DNA of 59,578 bases from a virus (lineage: Duplodnaviria; Caudoviricetes): the IMG/VR virus record IMGVR_UViG_3300006802_000106, positions 1 to 59,578 of that record; one strand, written 5' to 3'. The number at the start of each line of letters is the position of its first letter. The first letter of the stretch is position 1. The notes under the pieces are model-generated. The model did not search any database. It was not told where the DNA came from and saw only the letters and a list, made by a program, of their open reading frames with translations. This document shows, one piece after another, positions 43,692 through 52,571 of this stretch. A program made the position numbers and the translations under genes.

Positions 43692-43721
43692 CTGACAACC
43701 TGAAGCTACAAACCATAACTT
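43692..43721 (+). promoter_or_regulatory. promoter, class B
   Basis: CTGACA-ACCTGAAGCTACAAACCA-TAACTT; 17/19 identical to 34448-34466. Confidence 0.6.
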
Positions 43722-43734
43722 GTCGGAGACTGAC

Positions 43735-44310
43735 ATGACCAAACATGTGATGGTCGACCTCGAAACATGGTCGACCGAGCAGAACGCCGTCCTCGTCGCC
43801 ATCGGCGCCGTCGAGTTCGACCCGAACGATTTCGGAGACCCGGCGGACGAACGCGTCGCCCGGATGAAGACCTTCTACCAGACCATCGACCCCGAGACGT
43901 TTGACAGCGCCTTCCACATCAGCGCCAGCACCATGAAGTGGTGGATGTCCCCCGAGCGGGACGATGCGCGTCGGCGGCTCTGGCGCGACTGGGACGAGGG
44001 CGCGTGCGAGGCCGGCATCGCGATCACGGAGTTCGCCAGCTGGTGCAAGGCAGACAGCGACGACGGGCTGCGGGTCTACGGCAACGGCGCCATGTTTGAC
44101 AACACCAAGGTCCAGTGGGCGCACAAGCACTACACCGGGTGGGACGCGTGGGCCTTCTACGAGGACGGCTGCTATCGCACCATCAAGGGGCTCGCGCCCG
44201 ACCTGAAGCTGGAACGCTGGGGCACGTTCCACCATGCGCTCGACGATGCGATCTCGCAGGCCCTGCACATGCAGGCCGTACTGGCGCGACTGGGGATCAA
44301 GCTGTCATGA
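43735..44310 (+). CDS. DEDDh 3'-5' exonuclease (DUF5051/Rv2179c-like)
   Basis: VMVDLET, GNGAMFDN, HHALDDAISQA. Confidence 0.88.
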   Translation: MTKHVMVDLETWSTEQNAVLVAIGAVEFDPNDFGDPADERVARMKTFYQTIDPETFDSAFHISASTMKWWMSPERDDARRRLWRDWDEGACEAGIAITEFASWCKADSDDGLRVYGNGAMFDNTKVQWAHKHYTGWDAWAFYEDGCYRTIKGLAPDLKLERWGTFHHALDDAISQALHMQAVLARLGIKLS

Positions 44311-44549
44311 CGTCGGACGACTACGAGATCGAGAGCGACATCCCGATCCCGCCGGCACGGTGGGGTGGAGGGCGGCCGAAAACACCGGTCTACCCCTTCT
44401 CCCGGATGGAGGTCGGCGACAGTTTCCTTGTGCCGGTCGAGAAGACCTTGCTGGTGATGCACGCAGCGCGCGGTCGGCGGAAACGGACGCATGAGGAGTA
44501 TGCCACCCGGCAGGTCGACGGCGGTCTGCGCATCTGGAGGATCAAGTGA
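44307..44549 (+). CDS. small putative DNA-binding protein, paralog of 36613
   Basis: IESDIPIP...YPFSRMEVGDSFLVP...RIWR. Confidence 0.75.
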   Translation: MTSDDYEIESDIPIPPARWGGGRPKTPVYPFSRMEVGDSFLVPVEKTLLVMHAARGRRKRTHEEYATRQVDGGLRIWRIK

Positions 44550-45286
44550 CGCAGCCACTACCTTGGAGCCACACTCGGCTGACGACGTTCAAGAACTGTC
44601 CCTACAGGTATTACGAGGAGACGGTTCTCAAGAAGCACCCCTATGTGGAAGGTCCTGAGCAGAAGTGGGGCAACTTCGTCCACAAGGCGTTCGAGGATCG
44701 CGTCGCCAAGAACAAGCCGCTCCCGCAGGAACTGCGGGAGCACGACGCTCATCTGGATCGACTGATCAACCTGCCGGGCGAGCTGATGTTCGCGGAACAG
44801 AAGATCGCGCTGCGGCGGGTCCGGACCGAGCGGGGCGTTGAGATCGTGCCTTGCGGATACTGGGAGAAGGAGGGCGGCAAGGATGTCGTCTGGTATCGCG
44901 GCCAGATCGACTTCATGAAAATCTGGACGCCGCCTGACGACTGCGCGGTCGCCCTGATCGAGGACTACAAGACCGGCAAGATCAAGAACGACTTCGGCCA
45001 GTTGAAGCTGTTCGCCCTGTGGGTGTTTGCGAAGTACCCGCAGGTCATGTCCGTCACGGCCCAGTTCTACTGGACGACCGACAAGACCACACCGAAGGAA
45101 CTGTACACACGTGAGCAGATACCCCAGCTCTGGGGAGAGTTCGCGCCGGACCTGAAGCAGTACGTCGAGGCGTTCAAGACCGACACGTGGCAGAAGCGCC
45201 AGTCCGGACTTTGCGGCTGGTGCCCGGTCAAGGACTGCGAGCACTGGTTCGACGGACCCGCGAGGAAAGCAGCAAGAGGAGGTTAG
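44546..45286 (+). CDS. PD-(D/E)xK Cas4/RecB-like exonuclease
   Basis: WSHTRL..FKNCP, GQIDF, DYKTGK, C-terminal CGWCP...C. Confidence 0.88.
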   Translation: MTQPLPWSHTRLTTFKNCPYRYYEETVLKKHPYVEGPEQKWGNFVHKAFEDRVAKNKPLPQELREHDAHLDRLINLPGELMFAEQKIALRRVRTERGVEIVPCGYWEKEGGKDVVWYRGQIDFMKIWTPPDDCAVALIEDYKTGKIKNDFGQLKLFALWVFAKYPQVMSVTAQFYWTTDKTTPKELYTREQIPQLWGEFAPDLKQYVEAFKTDTWQKRQSGLCGWCPVKDCEHWFDGPARKAARGG

Positions 45287-45287
45287 G

Positions 45288-45509
45288 ATGACCAAACCAA
45301 AATTACCCGGGTGCTACATCGCGGTCGAGGATGACGCTGGGTACACCCAGTACTTCGCCGCCGCCAAGTACATGATGCGACCGAGCGGACATCTTGAGTT
45401 GCTGGACGCAGAAGACGTGCCAGTTGCGATATTCGCCCCGGAAAAGTGGGCGCACGCTCATCGATCAGTGTTTTACTTGGATTGTCAGCCTGACGAGGAG
45501 CCTGACTGA
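45288..45509 (+). CDS. hypothetical protein
   Basis: GAGGAGG RBS. Confidence 0.6.
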   Translation: MTKPKLPGCYIAVEDDAGYTQYFAAAKYMMRPSGHLELLDAEDVPVAIFAPEKWAHAHRSVFYLDCQPDEEPD

Positions 45510-45928
45510 TGCCACGACAGTACAAGAAAGAAGGTGACGTCAAGACCCGGATCAAGGAGCTTCTGAAGAAGCACCGCTGGTATTACTGGATGCCGCCGGC
45601 CAACGGCTACGGCACTCTCGGCATCTCGGACTTCCACGCCATCCGGGACGGCATATTCCTCGCGATCGAGGCCAAGTTCGGCTCCAACAAGCCGACGCCG
45701 CAACAATTGGCTCACCTCCACATCGTGGACAATAACGCGGGTTTCGCTTTTGTCGTGACCGACAAGAACGTAGAATACCTGCAGGCATGGCTGGAGGCGT
45801 TTGATCGCGCCCAGAAGGCCCAAATGGACAAGCAGGACGTGGCGCAGGAAGACGGCGCCATGATGCTCAACGCCTTGGCCGAACTGAAGCGCCTCGTCTA
45901 TCCGAAAATGGCTCCGGCCAACAACTGA
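45509..45928 (+). CDS. VRR-NUC nuclease (Holliday junction resolvase-like)
   Basis: EGDVK..I, GISDF, AIEAK, KPTPQQ. Confidence 0.85.
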   Translation: MPRQYKKEGDVKTRIKELLKKHRWYYWMPPANGYGTLGISDFHAIRDGIFLAIEAKFGSNKPTPQQLAHLHIVDNNAGFAFVVTDKNVEYLQAWLEAFDRAQKAQMDKQDVAQEDGAMMLNALAELKRLVYPKMAPANN

Positions 45929-45938
45929 GAAGACCTTA

Positions 45939-47507
45939 ATGTTTGTACACGGCCCGACCGAGAGCGTCTTGCTCAAGGTCCCGGACCCCCTGTCGGTCCG
46001 GGACGTGCTGCGCCAGAGTAAACCCGTCACCCATCCTGACTACAACGTCGCGGTGCGCCACACGCTGGAGAGCACCAAGGTCCTGCGGAACCTCGGCCAC
46101 GACGTACCGGCACCGATCAGCATCCAGCATCGCTGGACCGGGAAGTACCAGCCGTTCGCCCATCAACGGGTTTCGGCCGAGTTCCTGACACTCCACCGCA
46201 AGTGTCTGAACCTATCGGAGCCCGGTGTCGGCAAGACTGCGTCGGCGCTGTGGGCGGCGGACTGGCTGATGAACAAGGGGTTCATCCGCAAGGCCCTGAT
46301 CATCACGCCGCTGTCGACCATGAAGCGCGTGTGGATGAACGACATCTTCGACGTGCTGATGCACCGGCATGCGACCGTGGTCCACGGCAGCCGGGACAAG
46401 CGGTTGGAGGCACTAGCGCACGATGTTGACTTTTATGTCATCAACCATGACGGCATCACGATCGAGCCGATTTTCGAGGAAATCCGCAAGCGCCCGGACA
46501 TCGACCTGATCATCGTCGACGAGGCGTCCAAGTTCCGGAACTCCAAGACCGGGAAGTTCAAGGCGCTGAAGAAGCTCACGGCAGGTCCAGAGCGGTGGCT
46601 CTGGTTACTTACCGGCACACCGTGTCCGAACGAGCCGACCGACGCGTGGGCGCTGGCCCAGCTGGTCAACCCGGGCAACGTGCCGAAGAATTTCGGGACC
46701 TTCAAGCGGGACGTAATGCTGCAGGTCTCGCCATTCAAATGGGTGCCCAAGGCGGACGCGTACAACAGGGCATATGCGGCTATGCAACCAGCGATACGGT
46801 TCAAGAAACAGGACTGCATCGACCTGCCTCCAGTGACGGTGCAGGATCGCCAGTGCGACCTGTCCAAGGAGCAGAAGGACGCCTTCAACGCCATGAAGCT
46901 GGTCATGCAGGCGGAGGCCAAGGGGCGCCGGATCAACGCCGTCAACGCAGCCGATCAGCTGGGCAAGCTCCGGCAGATATGCTGCGGCGCGATCAAGGAC
47001 CCTCAGACCGGAGAGTATATCACGTACCCGCACGGACCCCGGCTCAACGTACTGCTCGACACGATCGAGGAGGCAGGAGCCAAAGTGCTGGTCATCGCGC
47101 CGTTCAAGGGGATCATCCGGGCGCTGGAGAAGGAGATCACGCAGGCCGGTTACTCAGTCGGCGTCCTGAACGGTGATGTCTCGGAGAAACAGCGTGATCA
47201 CATAATCGTGAACTTCAAGACGCAGGCCGATCCGCATATCCTGCTCTGCCACCCGGCGGTCATGGCTCACGGCCTGAACCTGACCGAGGCGGACATGCTG
47301 ATCTTCTACGGACCGATCCACTCGAACGACGAGTATCAGCAGGTGCTGGAGCGGTTCAACCGTGCCGGCCAGACGCGCAAGATGACGGTCATCCGCATGG
47401 CGGCGCACCCGATCGAGTGGGAAATCTACAAGCTGGTTGACAACCGGGGCGTCAATCAGGATAATATTCTGAACCTGTATAAATCTGCACTGGACCTGAA
47501 CCCATGA
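45939..47507 (+). CDS. SNF2/SF2 helicase
   Basis: EPGVGKT, IIVDEAS, LLTGTP, HGLNLT, ERFNRAGQ. Confidence 0.92.
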   Translation: MFVHGPTESVLLKVPDPLSVRDVLRQSKPVTHPDYNVAVRHTLESTKVLRNLGHDVPAPISIQHRWTGKYQPFAHQRVSAEFLTLHRKCLNLSEPGVGKTASALWAADWLMNKGFIRKALIITPLSTMKRVWMNDIFDVLMHRHATVVHGSRDKRLEALAHDVDFYVINHDGITIEPIFEEIRKRPDIDLIIVDEASKFRNSKTGKFKALKKLTAGPERWLWLLTGTPCPNEPTDAWALAQLVNPGNVPKNFGTFKRDVMLQVSPFKWVPKADAYNRAYAAMQPAIRFKKQDCIDLPPVTVQDRQCDLSKEQKDAFNAMKLVMQAEAKGRRINAVNAADQLGKLRQICCGAIKDPQTGEYITYPHGPRLNVLLDTIEEAGAKVLVIAPFKGIIRALEKEITQAGYSVGVLNGDVSEKQRDHIIVNFKTQADPHILLCHPAVMAHGLNLTEADMLIFYGPIHSNDEYQQVLERFNRAGQTRKMTVIRMAAHPIEWEIYKLVDNRGVNQDNILNLYKSALDLNP

Positions 47508-47920
47508 ACCCGAAGAACCCGACCATGGAAGACCTGACAAAGGTCTACCTGAAAATCCGTGAGGCTCGGAAGGCCAAGACCGCCGAGTACGAGAAAGAAG
47601 ACGCCCGCCTGAAGGAGCAGCTGGCCACGCTGGAAGCGGCGATGATGGCCAAGCTCGACGCGGACAAGGTGACGTCCACCAAGACCGAGTTCGGCACCGT
47701 CTACAAGCAGGTCGACATCAAGCCGTCGGCCTCCGACTGGGCGGCGTTCTACCGGTGGATCGCCGAAGACCCGGACCGCTTTGAGTTCCTCCAGAAGCGG
47801 ATCACGATCGAGCCGGTCAAGACCTACATGGAGGATCACAAGGACGAGGACGACAACCCGATGCTGCCGCCGGGTGTGTCGGTAATGCGCACCTATGTGG
47901 TGCGTGTCCGGCAGAACTGA
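47504..47920 (+). CDS. conserved replication-module protein
   Basis: Coiled coil plus KTEFGTVY...DW..FY..I...FLQKRI...PPGV pattern. Confidence 0.75.
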   Translation: MNPKNPTMEDLTKVYLKIREARKAKTAEYEKEDARLKEQLATLEAAMMAKLDADKVTSTKTEFGTVYKQVDIKPSASDWAAFYRWIAEDPDRFEFLQKRITIEPVKTYMEDHKDEDDNPMLPPGVSVMRTYVVRVRQN

Positions 47921-47945
47921 CCAAACCAACAGGAGCAAGACGACT

Positions 47946-49076
47946 ATGGCAAACGAACTGGCGATGTTCGCCCAGACCAACGTCCCCGCGCACGTGCAGG
48001 CGTTCCTCGACACCGAGGAAGGCAACATCGTCGATCGGGTCTCGGTCCCGTCCGTGTCTATCAAGGGCAAGGTGTGGGGCATCAAGATCGGCGGGGAACT
48101 GACGAACCTGACCAAGAAGGACAACGACGGCGAGATCGTGCCGGTACCGGTCCTCAATGTGGTGATCCTCGACTACGCCAAGCGGCGCGGTCGGACCTAC
48201 TTCGCGGGAGATTACGACCCCGACGCGGTGTCCCAGCCCGACTGCTGGTCCGACGACGGCATCGTGCCCGACCCGTCCATCGCGGCGCCGCAGGCGTCGA
48301 AGTGCGACAACTGCCCGATGGCCGTGAAGGGCTCCAAGCCCTCGTCCCGCAACCCGCAGGGCATCGCCTGCTCGCAGCACCGGATGCTGGCCGTCGTGCC
48401 GGCCGCCGACCTCAACTACACGCCGCTGCGGCTGAAGATCGCGGTCACCTCCGACTACGACAAGGAAGGCGCCGAGAAGTGGAAGGCGCAGGGGCTGTTC
48501 GGCTTCCAGCAGTACACCGACTTCCTCCGCTCGCAGGGCGTGAAGGACACGCGCGTTGTCGTGACCAAGATGAAGTTCGACCCGGATACCGAGTTTCCGA
48601 AAATCCTGTTCGGACCCAAGGACTGGTTGCCGCCGGAGCAGATTGCCCAGCTGAAGGAGATCGTTGCCGCCAAGTCCGACGAGATCGCGGCGCTGATCAA
48701 CAACCAGTACACCGTGAACGGTACCGACGGCGTCGAGCGCGGTCAGGTCGAACCGGGCGAGGACACGGCGACGAAGGCCAAGGCCGCTGCCGAGGAGAAG
48801 GCCCGGAAGGAAGCTGAGAAGGCGGCGAAGGCCAAGGCCGCTGCCGAGGAGAAGGCCCGGAAGGAAGCCGAAGCCAAGGCCGCCGCTGCGGCCGACGACG
48901 GTGACGACGACGTCATCATCCTGCCGGGACAGCCGAGCCCCGAGGCGGACGCGGCCAAGCCCGCGAAGCCCGCCAAGGAAGCGAAGCCCGCCAAGGAGCC
49001 GAAGGCCGAGAACCCGGCGCCGGCCGGCGGCGACAACGGTCTGCAGGACGTGCTGACCGACTGGGGCGACGACTAG
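47946..49076 (+). CDS. putative ssDNA-binding/annealing protein with Ala/Lys/Glu repeat tail
   Basis: AGGAG RBS; PDCWSDDG..PD, CDNCP, ACSQ; acidic end DWGDD; between helicase and primase. Confidence 0.6.
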   Translation: MANELAMFAQTNVPAHVQAFLDTEEGNIVDRVSVPSVSIKGKVWGIKIGGELTNLTKKDNDGEIVPVPVLNVVILDYAKRRGRTYFAGDYDPDAVSQPDCWSDDGIVPDPSIAAPQASKCDNCPMAVKGSKPSSRNPQGIACSQHRMLAVVPAADLNYTPLRLKIAVTSDYDKEGAEKWKAQGLFGFQQYTDFLRSQGVKDTRVVVTKMKFDPDTEFPKILFGPKDWLPPEQIAQLKEIVAAKSDEIAALINNQYTVNGTDGVERGQVEPGEDTATKAKAAAEEKARKEAEKAAKAKAAAEEKARKEAEAKAAAAADDGDDDVIILPGQPSPEADAAKPAKPAKEAKPAKEPKAENPAPAGGDNGLQDVLTDWGDD

Positions 49077-49176
49077 ACTTGCCCCGAGGCGACTGAGAGA
49101 GGCATACTGGGTGCCCCGGGAGACGGGGTACCCAACCCCTCCGGGGATTTCGAGGGCAGTCTGACTGGGCGGGGCC

Positions 49177-52116
49177 ATGGAACTGGACCAATTTCTGCGC
49201 GCCGTCTGGCCGGATGACGGGATATTCGCACTAGCGGTACCCTTCACCCCGGCCGGCGCGACCAAGGCGGTGTACCGCCACAAGACTTTCGACAACATCG
49301 ACGAAGCCATCGCTGCGGCTCGCAAGGACCGCGACAGGCTCGACATGTATTTCTGCGTCCACACCTTGCGAGAGCACAAGGTGTGGGACCCGACCAAGAA
49401 GAGCTACAAGACCGGAGAGCTTGGCGCGTGGGCGGTCCGTCTCCACGAGAACATGGCGTCGGCACGAGTGTTCTTCTTCGATCTGGACGTCGGCAACAAG
49501 TCTGGAAAGTATTTATCCCAGTCTGAGGCGATCGTCGCGCTGCGGAAGTTCTGCGAGGCGACCAAGCTGCCCAAGCCGCTGATCACGTCGTCCGGCGGCG
49601 GCTGTCACGTGTACTGGCGGTTCACTGACGCCATGTCGTCGACCGACTGGCGGGTCTACGCATCCAAGCTGCGTGCGCTCGCGCGCCACCACGGGCTGCT
49701 CGCCGATCCGGCGCGCACGACCGACGTCTCCAGCATGCTGCGCGTGGCCGGGACCTTCAACTGGAAGGACAAGGCCAACCCGCGCCCGGTTGTCGTGCTG
49801 ACCGAGGGCTCCCAGACGGGCACTGGTGAGCTTCTCCGGAAGATCGACGACGCGGTCGTCCGATCCGGGATCGACGTCCGTACGCCCGTCACAGCCCCGC
49901 CGCATGCCGATCTGGGGCTGCCGGGTAACCTTGAGGAGGACCTGTTCGAGGGTCCGCCCGTGTCGATGCGGGCGCTGATCACCAGCTGCGCGCAGGTACA
50001 ACGGGCAATTCGGCTGAAGGCGGAAGTATCCGAGCCCGAGTGGTACCACCTCTCCAACCTGATCCGGTTCACCGAGAACGGGGACGCGAACGTCCACAAG
50101 CTGGCATCCATGAGCCGTTACTACGACCCCACCAGCTCGTGGGTCGACGACAAGCTCCGGCAACTGGAAGACAAGGGGATCAAGCCAACCAGCTGCTACA
50201 AGCTGGCTGAGGTCTGTGGGGACGAGCCGTGCGAGGGCTGCACGTTCAACGGCAAGGTGAAAAGCCCGATCGTCGCGGCCCGCTTCAAGGACCCGGCACC
50301 CACTCCGGCCGTCAAGACCATCCTTGGCGACGTCACGGTCACCGTGGACATCCCGGACCCGCCCAAGCCCTACACGCGGCTCAAGGGCGGCGGAGTGTCG
50401 TTCTACGCCAAGGACAAGGACGACAACGAGGTCCACACGACGATCTACGAGCATGACCTGTTCCCGATCCGGCGACTGGTGAACGCGGCGTCCGAGACCG
50501 AGCAACAGGTCTGGAGAGTGGTGCTGCCGCACAGCGGGGAGAAGGATTTCGTCCTCGACGCGGACGCCCTCTACGACCGCCGGAAGTTCGTAACGGCGGT
50601 TGCCAACCAAGGCATCTACCCGCACTCCAACCACGTCGCATACCTGCAGGATTACATGACCGCCTACATTAAGCTGCTACAGGCCAAGGCGAACGCGGAC
50701 CCGCAGAGCAACCATCTGGGGTGGACCGACGACAAGGCCGCCTTTATCCTTCCGGACAAAGTGATCTCCGCTGACGGGGTCCGTGTCGCCCAGCTGAGCC
50801 TCGGGGCCAGCCGATCCACGGAACAGGTCCACAAGGCCGGCACGCTGCAGCGGCAGGTAGAGCTACTGAGGTTCTACAACCACCCGGCCTATCTCGGGCA
50901 CCAGCTGTTCGTCCTCGGCCATCTGGCGGCGCCCCTGTTCTACATGACGGGGCATCACGGCGTCATCATCAACGCACATGGCGAAGCGGGCTCGTCGAAG
51001 TCGACGGCCCTCTACACCGGGGCGTCCTTCTGGGGGCAGCCGGAACTGTACCCGATCAACGGCACCAACAACGGTGCGACCGTGCGCGCCCGCAACGAGC
51101 GTGTCGCCGTGCTGGCCAACCTTCCGGTCGGCGTGGACGAAATCACCCACATGCTGCCGCGAGAGGCAATCGATCTGGCGATGAGCATCACCCAGCCGGG
51201 ACATCGTCTCAGGCTTGACCAGAACGGCGTCGAGCGGCGCTCCACCGGGTCCTACAAGGCGACCATGATGCTGTCGACGGCCAACCGTAGCCTGCACAAC
51301 CTGCTGAGCACGGACAACGCCGCCGGCACGGCAGGGTCGATGCGCGTCGTCGAGATGAAGTTCAAGCCGGAGATCGTCCACACCAAGCGGGAGGCCGACG
51401 AGTACCTGCACGAGTTGAAGCAGAACTACGGGCACATCGGCGAACAGTTCATCGCCTACGTCCTGAGACATCAGTCCGCGATCGAGGAGCGGGTCCGCGC
51501 CAAGGTGCAGGAGATCGACGCGGAGGCGTCTATCCAGTCCAGTGAGCGGTTCTGGTCGGCAGCGTTCGGTTGCATCATCGTGGCCGGGGAGATCGCGCGG
51601 GAGCTGGGGGTGCTGGTGTTCGACCCGAAGGCGATCCAGCAATGGGCGATCACGGTTCTGGTCCCCGAGATGCGCGGCGTCGTGGTGGACGAGTATTCGT
51701 CACCCATCGGCACCCTGACCGACTATCTGGAGGAAATCCACGGCGACATCCTCATCGTCCGCACCATGGGCGCGCAGAAGTTCCTCGACATCGTCAACCG
51801 GCCGCGCCACCAGCTGCTCGCCCACTACGATCTGGACGAGAAGGTCATGTGGGTGTTGAAGAAGGGCTTCAAGGATTACTGCACCCGGATCGGTGCCAAC
51901 TTCCTTGAGATTATCGACGAACTTGGCCGGTCGCAGCTGGACCGGGCCGAGCATCAGACCCGGGTGGTCTCGAACCGCCGGATCAAGAAGGTGCTGGGTG
52001 CCGGGACCGAATACGCCAAGGCGCAAAGCTGGTGCTTTGCGCTCAACATGGCGCATCCGGAACTGGCCGGTAAGGCCGATCTCAAGGTGCTGGACGGCGG
52101 GAAGAAGACGGCTTAG
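49177..52116 (+). CDS. primase-helicase (AEP-type primase, Cys cluster, DUF927, P-loop)
   Basis: FFDLDVG, SSGGGCHVYW, LRVAGTFN, C..L...C....C..C, HLGW, GEAGSSKST, VGVDE. Confidence 0.9.
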   Translation: MELDQFLRAVWPDDGIFALAVPFTPAGATKAVYRHKTFDNIDEAIAAARKDRDRLDMYFCVHTLREHKVWDPTKKSYKTGELGAWAVRLHENMASARVFFFDLDVGNKSGKYLSQSEAIVALRKFCEATKLPKPLITSSGGGCHVYWRFTDAMSSTDWRVYASKLRALARHHGLLADPARTTDVSSMLRVAGTFNWKDKANPRPVVVLTEGSQTGTGELLRKIDDAVVRSGIDVRTPVTAPPHADLGLPGNLEEDLFEGPPVSMRALITSCAQVQRAIRLKAEVSEPEWYHLSNLIRFTENGDANVHKLASMSRYYDPTSSWVDDKLRQLEDKGIKPTSCYKLAEVCGDEPCEGCTFNGKVKSPIVAARFKDPAPTPAVKTILGDVTVTVDIPDPPKPYTRLKGGGVSFYAKDKDDNEVHTTIYEHDLFPIRRLVNAASETEQQVWRVVLPHSGEKDFVLDADALYDRRKFVTAVANQGIYPHSNHVAYLQDYMTAYIKLLQAKANADPQSNHLGWTDDKAAFILPDKVISADGVRVAQLSLGASRSTEQVHKAGTLQRQVELLRFYNHPAYLGHQLFVLGHLAAPLFYMTGHHGVIINAHGEAGSSKSTALYTGASFWGQPELYPINGTNNGATVRARNERVAVLANLPVGVDEITHMLPREAIDLAMSITQPGHRLRLDQNGVERRSTGSYKATMMLSTANRSLHNLLSTDNAAGTAGSMRVVEMKFKPEIVHTKREADEYLHELKQNYGHIGEQFIAYVLRHQSAIEERVRAKVQEIDAEASIQSSERFWSAAFGCIIVAGEIARELGVLVFDPKAIQQWAITVLVPEMRGVVVDEYSSPIGTLTDYLEEIHGDILIVRTMGAQKFLDIVNRPRHQLLAHYDLDEKVMWVLKKGFKDYCTRIGANFLEIIDELGRSQLDRAEHQTRVVSNRRIKKVLGAGTEYAKAQSWCFALNMAHPELAGKADLKVLDGGKKTA

Positions 52117-52562
52117 GGGAGGTAGTCGTCGAGCATTCCACCGACCGCAAGACCCGCACCTGTGCCCGCCCCAAGGCCGCCCACAGACCCGGAGAAGTCG
52201 CGCCACGCTCTCGCGCCTGTTGCCGCAAGGAACGGCTTCAGCTTGTCCGGAGGACCTCGCCGGATATAGTCGAGCGTCTCGCTTTGAGTGAAGATGTCCG
52301 ACAGGTTCCGCTCGATCTGGGAGCGGCGGAAGGCGTTCTGGCTGGCGACCTCCTGCGGAGCGATGGACGCCTGCGTCTGGGCGAGACCGACCTGAGCGCC
52401 TTTCAGAGCGTTATCGGAGGCCACCTGAGACGGAAGCAACCCGGCGCGGACACTCGCGAGGTTGGCGTCAGCTCGCGCGCCCACGGCCCGCGTATTGGCC
52501 TCCTGCTGCAGGATATCGTATTTCCGGGTCAGGAAGTTGAGCATGTCCGAAGGGATCGCCAC
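52113..52562 (-). CDS. putative virion protein at the end of the late operon
   Basis: AGGAG RBS and GTG; stop overlaps the convergent primase stop. Confidence 0.65.
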   Translation of the reverse strand: MAIPSDMLNFLTRKYDILQQEANTRAVGARADANLASVRAGLLPSQVASDNALKGAQVGLAQTQASIAPQEVASQNAFRRSQIERNLSDIFTQSETLDYIRRGPPDKLKPFLAATGARAWRDFSGSVGGLGAGTGAGLAVGGMLDDYLP

Positions 52563-52571
52563 GATCGTCTC

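Noticed and set aside
44546-45286. Cas4 implying a CRISPR system
   Set aside because: Stand-alone phage PD-(D/E)xK nuclease in a replication module; no array or other cas genes
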